Shown: piece by piece, positions 55,063-57,627 of the stretch
Position numbering within the stretch: the stretch's first letter is position 1
How the letters are laid out: each line of letters begins with the position of its first letter
IMG/VR virus record: IMGVR_UViG_3300045988_128491
Strand: one strand, 5' to 3'
Length of the DNA stretch: 57,627 nt
From: a virus
Notes under the pieces: model-generated
What the model was told of the DNA's origin: nothing
What the model saw: the letters and a program-made list of their open reading frames with translations, nothing else
Databases searched by the model: none
Translations under genes and position numbers: made by a program

Positions 55063-55761
55063 CTAAACACCTCTTTTCTCAGGATCCCAAATATACTTGT
55101 GAAGCTGCAGCTGCAACCGCCAATCAAATTTCTCGTACTTAGTCCGTTTCATAAAGTCCACAATTTCAGCAGGTGTAATCTTGCCAAACACTGGTGATAA
55201 ATACACATTGCCTTTCAACCTGCTCAGGAAGAAATGTGTATAAACATCAGCAGCCTCCTCTAAATCCTCTACACTGCTTACCACAAACTTTACTACATCT
55301 TTAGCCCGTACCTGCTCAAAATTAGGCAGGTACATACTTCCATTCATGCCGGAAGATTTACACTTGTAATCCAAAGTGAAGAATACATTGCTAAATCTCA
55401 GATAATCATTTATTGGCATGGAGCCGTTGCTCTCAATATTTACCTCATGGTACAAGTGCTGTAAATTATCTAATGCTGTCAGCAGACCTGGTAGTGTCTT
55501 ATAATGCATAAGAGGTTCACCGCCAGTAATCGTTACATTCTTACATCTGATATTATCTAAAATATCCTGCACCTGTGTAACTTCGCAATCTTTAGACATA
55601 TCCTGTGCATAGGCTGTGTCACAGTAGGAGCAGTGCAAATTACAGCCATTCAGACGGATAAAGGTAGCCAGCTGTCCTGCTCTTTTACCCTCACCCTCTA
55701 TGCTGTCAAAAATCTCATTAACTAAGAATCCCTGGTCAGGTATTGTCATAAATGGCAACAT
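55063..55761 (-). CDS. queE: 7-carboxy-7-deazaguanine synthase (radical SAM)
   Basis: CNLHCSYCDT radical-SAM cluster motif. About 232 aa. Confidence 0.85.
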   Translation of the reverse strand: MLPFMTIPDQGFLVNEIFDSIEGEGKRAGQLATFIRLNGCNLHCSYCDTAYAQDMSKDCEVTQVQDILDNIRCKNVTITGGEPLMHYKTLPGLLTALDNLQHLYHEVNIESNGSMPINDYLRFSNVFFTLDYKCKSSGMNGSMYLPNFEQVRAKDVVKFVVSSVEDLEEAADVYTHFFLSRLKGNVYLSPVFGKITPAEIVDFMKRTKYEKFDWRLQLQLHKYIWDPEKRGV

Positions 55762-56068
55762 TGCCCTCACTCTCCTGTACTTTTACTCTCACACAATTCG
55801 GTACTTTGCCGCAAATCCACTTTGCTATATTTTCTGCTGTAGGATTGCGCAATAGCACATCATTCAAATACTGATGATCCAGCTCCTGTCCAATAATATT
55901 TTTGATGTGCTTAAAGTCAACCACCATGCCCTGCTCATTAAGCTCTTTAGCTTGGCAGGTTATTTCAATTATCCAGTTATGACCATGCAGTCTAGTGCAG
56001 GGACTCTGATAATTAAGTGCCAGCTTATGAGCTGCCGATATTTCTAATCTTTTTGTTACTGTGTACAT
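55736..56068 (-). CDS. queD: 6-carboxy-5,6,7,8-tetrahydropterin synthase
   Basis: 110 aa. ISAAHKL...HGHNW motifs. GGAGG RBS. Confidence 0.85.
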   Translation of the reverse strand: MYTVTKRLEISAAHKLALNYQSPCTRLHGHNWIIEITCQAKELNEQGMVVDFKHIKNIIGQELDHQYLNDVLLRNPTAENIAKWICGKVPNCVRVKVQESEGNVAIYDNT

Positions 56069-56070
56069 GC

Positions 56071-56769
56071 TTAAACCTCCAATGCAGGGTCCTTTACTCC
56101 ATTAGCTTCAAATGCCTTGGCTCTGTCAATGCAGGTGCCACAAGTACCACAAGGTCTATCTCCACCCTCATAACAGCTCCATGTTAAGCGGTATGGTGCT
56201 TTAAGCTGTATCCCCAGCTTAACCACTTCTGCTTTATTGAGATAAATCAGCGGAGCCTCTAACCGACAGGTAAATCCACTGCCTGCATAAATAGCTCTAT
56301 TCATGCTCTTAAAAAACTCAGGTGTGCAATCGGGATAAGCCCTGCCTGCTGCATCATCAGCGTGTGCACCATAATAAATAACCTCAGCTCGCACAGAAAC
56401 AGCTATAGAGGTTGCGTAGGCCAGCATAAGACCGTTTCTAAATGGTACATAGGTGTCTACCGTACCACAATCCCCCATCTTAGCCAGCTGTTCAGCATAG
56501 GACTCATGCTTGATTTCTTTATGCGAGCTAGCCAATAGCGGGCAGTCACTTAATCTAAAAGCCTCTGACAAATCGGCTTCCATGTGATTTACCCTGTAAT
56601 AGTTTGCTACTGCTTTTGCACTCTTGATTTCTTTTTCGTGCTTCTGTCCGTAATGTACAGACAGGGCCAGCACATTATTATTGCCATATATAGCAACGGC
56701 TTTTGCTAGGCAGGTAGTAGAGTCAATACCACCGGATAGCAAAACTATTGCCTTATACTCTGACTTCAT
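56071..56769 (-). CDS. queC: 7-cyano-7-deazaguanine (preQ0) synthase
   Basis: LLSGGIDSTT PP-loop. C-terminal CGTCGTCIDR zinc motif. GGAGG lies 8 nt before the internal ATG. Confidence 0.85.
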   Translation of the reverse strand: MKSEYKAIVLLSGGIDSTTCLAKAVAIYGNNNVLALSVHYGQKHEKEIKSAKAVANYYRVNHMEADLSEAFRLSDCPLLASSHKEIKHESYAEQLAKMGDCGTVDTYVPFRNGLMLAYATSIAVSVRAEVIYYGAHADDAAGRAYPDCTPEFFKSMNRAIYAGSGFTCRLEAPLIYLNKAEVVKLGIQLKAPYRLTWSCYEGGDRPCGTCGTCIDRAKAFEANGVKDPALEV

Positions 56770-56861
56770 TTGAAAAACCTCCACTTTCCTTGACATACTC
56801 CCACCTAAGAGGTGGAAATCTTCTGGCTAAAAAGATAAAAATATACATATTTATTTCTACC

Positions 56862-57476
56862 TTACAAACAACCTACAGCCCATTTCTGAAATTTAACCCA
56901 CTCTTTGAAATTGTGTGTGGCAACTGCTACAGAATCTCTCATCCTGGTGCCCTCGGGCTTGCGAATCTGCACCATCTTTTTACCATTAAATTTATACAAG
57001 TATCCAAACCTGCACCCCGCCAGCCATGCAGTACTGTCAACGCTGTTAAAATGACACATAGGCAGCCATTTCATGCTGGTGAACCCCAGCCCGTGAATCT
57101 TAGCTTTTCTTCTGTGTGCCTCTGCTATTAACTTAGGTAGCACATGGTAATGCTTTGGCTCTATTTCCTTGCTCACAATACCACCTAGGGCAACATAATC
57201 ATGCTCCTCACACATTTTTTCAAATTCATATTTCCCTCTGGACCTATGCCATACTGGGATGCACTTCTTTCCAGTTTCTCTATTTATGTACTCTCTAAGC
57301 TCCAGCACTTTCTTATAACCCAAAATGCAATCAACATCCATTTCAAAAAAGTGCTTTATATTATTCTCATTGACGTAAGCAATATATTTGTCTACATAGG
57401 CCGTGAAATCTGCTTTTGTGTACTGCTTAGTACCCTGCATAAAAGAAAAAGCACCTGAGTCCAGCATGTAGAATGG
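56862..57476 (-). CDS. dpdA: tRNA-guanine-transglycosylase-like DNA transglycosylase (DpdA family), start uncertain
   Basis: MLDSGAFSF (compare the TGT DSGG[FY]Q catalytic motif) and FEMDVDCIL (compare TGT VDMFDC). Sits directly upstream of queC, queD, queE and folE. The track ORF extends artefactually into the 33-bp repeats. Confidence 0.5.
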   Translation of the reverse strand, partial: PFYMLDSGAFSFMQGTKQYTKADFTAYVDKYIAYVNENNIKHFFEMDVDCILGYKKVLELREYINRETGKKCIPVWHRSRGKYEFEKMCEEHDYVALGGIVSKEIEPKHYHVLPKLIAEAHRRKAKIHGLGFTSMKWLPMCHFNSVDSTAWLAGCRFGYLYKFNGKKMVQIRKPEGTRMRDSVAVATHNFKEWVKFQKWAVGCL

Positions 57477-57537
57477 ATAGTATTTTAGTAACTTAGTGGA
57501 GTCAGGTGTTACCTGCACAAAGCTCTCCAAGATAAAA

Positions 57538-57627
57538 GGTGCTAAACAAATATTCACTCTACTCTCACCACCTGCTAAACAAATATTCACTCTACTCTCA
57601 CCACCTGCTAAACAAATATTCACTCTA
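57538..57627. repeat. 33-bp tandem direct repeat, about 2.7 copies, identical to the units at 1-87
   Basis: gctaaacaaatattca, then two full units, then ctcta. Confidence 0.9.

Noticed and set aside
56862-57623. N-terminal 50 aa of the track ORF (MNICLAGGESRVNICLAGGESRV...) preceding the DpdA-like domain
   Set aside because: It is a translation of the 33-bp tandem repeat with a GTG start at the very end of the window. This is an artefact of the ORF running into the repeat and junction. The real start is probably the ATG at 57476 or the GTG about 30 nt upstream.

Overview
The window looks like one complete temperate siphovirus (prophage-type) genome of about 57.6 kb. The first 87 nt and last 90 nt are the same 33-bp tandem repeat, so the contig is probably circular, or circularly permuted and joined inside a tandem-repeat array. 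More than 90% of the genes lie on the minus strand and are transcribed from high to low coordinates.

Reading right to left:
- 54.5-57.5 kb: a 7-deazaguanine DNA-modification cluster (DpdA-like transglycosylase, QueC, QueD, QueE, FolE).
- 31.8-54.5 kb: the late operon. It has terminase small and large subunits, portal, minor head protein, scaffold, major capsid, head-tail proteins, major tail and a tail chaperone with an A_AAA_AAC -1 frameshift site. It continues with a 1091-aa tape measure and a lambda-like tail tip (M-, L-, NlpC/P60 K- and I/J-like proteins), tail fibers including a glycine-rich one, and a lysis cassette (XhlA-like protein, small holin, amidase_3 endolysin).
- 26.6-31.6 kb: an accessory 'moron' region. 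It holds a cassette flanked by hairpin direct repeats, a secreted protein, a BclA-C-terminal-domain-like protein, a coiled-coil membrane protein and a small sigma-70 region-4 protein.
- 23.4-26.6 kb, plus strand: a lysogeny module with a CI-like repressor, a PD-(D/E)XK DUF4268-like protein and a tyrosine integrase. Putative arm-type repeats lie at the int 3' end.
- 20.2-23.2 kb: early small genes under duplicated promoters with a repeated operator motif.
- 1.3-19.7 kb: a replication module (DUF2800 nuclease, DUF2815, family-A DNA polymerase, primase-polymerase/VirE, VRR-NUC, SNF2 helicase). It includes a tandem array of five divergent 130-146-aa paralogs beside a MazG-like gene and a frameshift-split PAPS-reductase-family gene.
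- 0.1-1.3 kb: a sigma-like late activator and a ParB-like nuclease-domain protein just upstream of the 33-bp repeats and the DpdA-like gene.

No rRNA, tRNA or CRISPR array was recognised by eye. All functional calls rest on motifs I could read in the translations and on gene order. No database searches were run.
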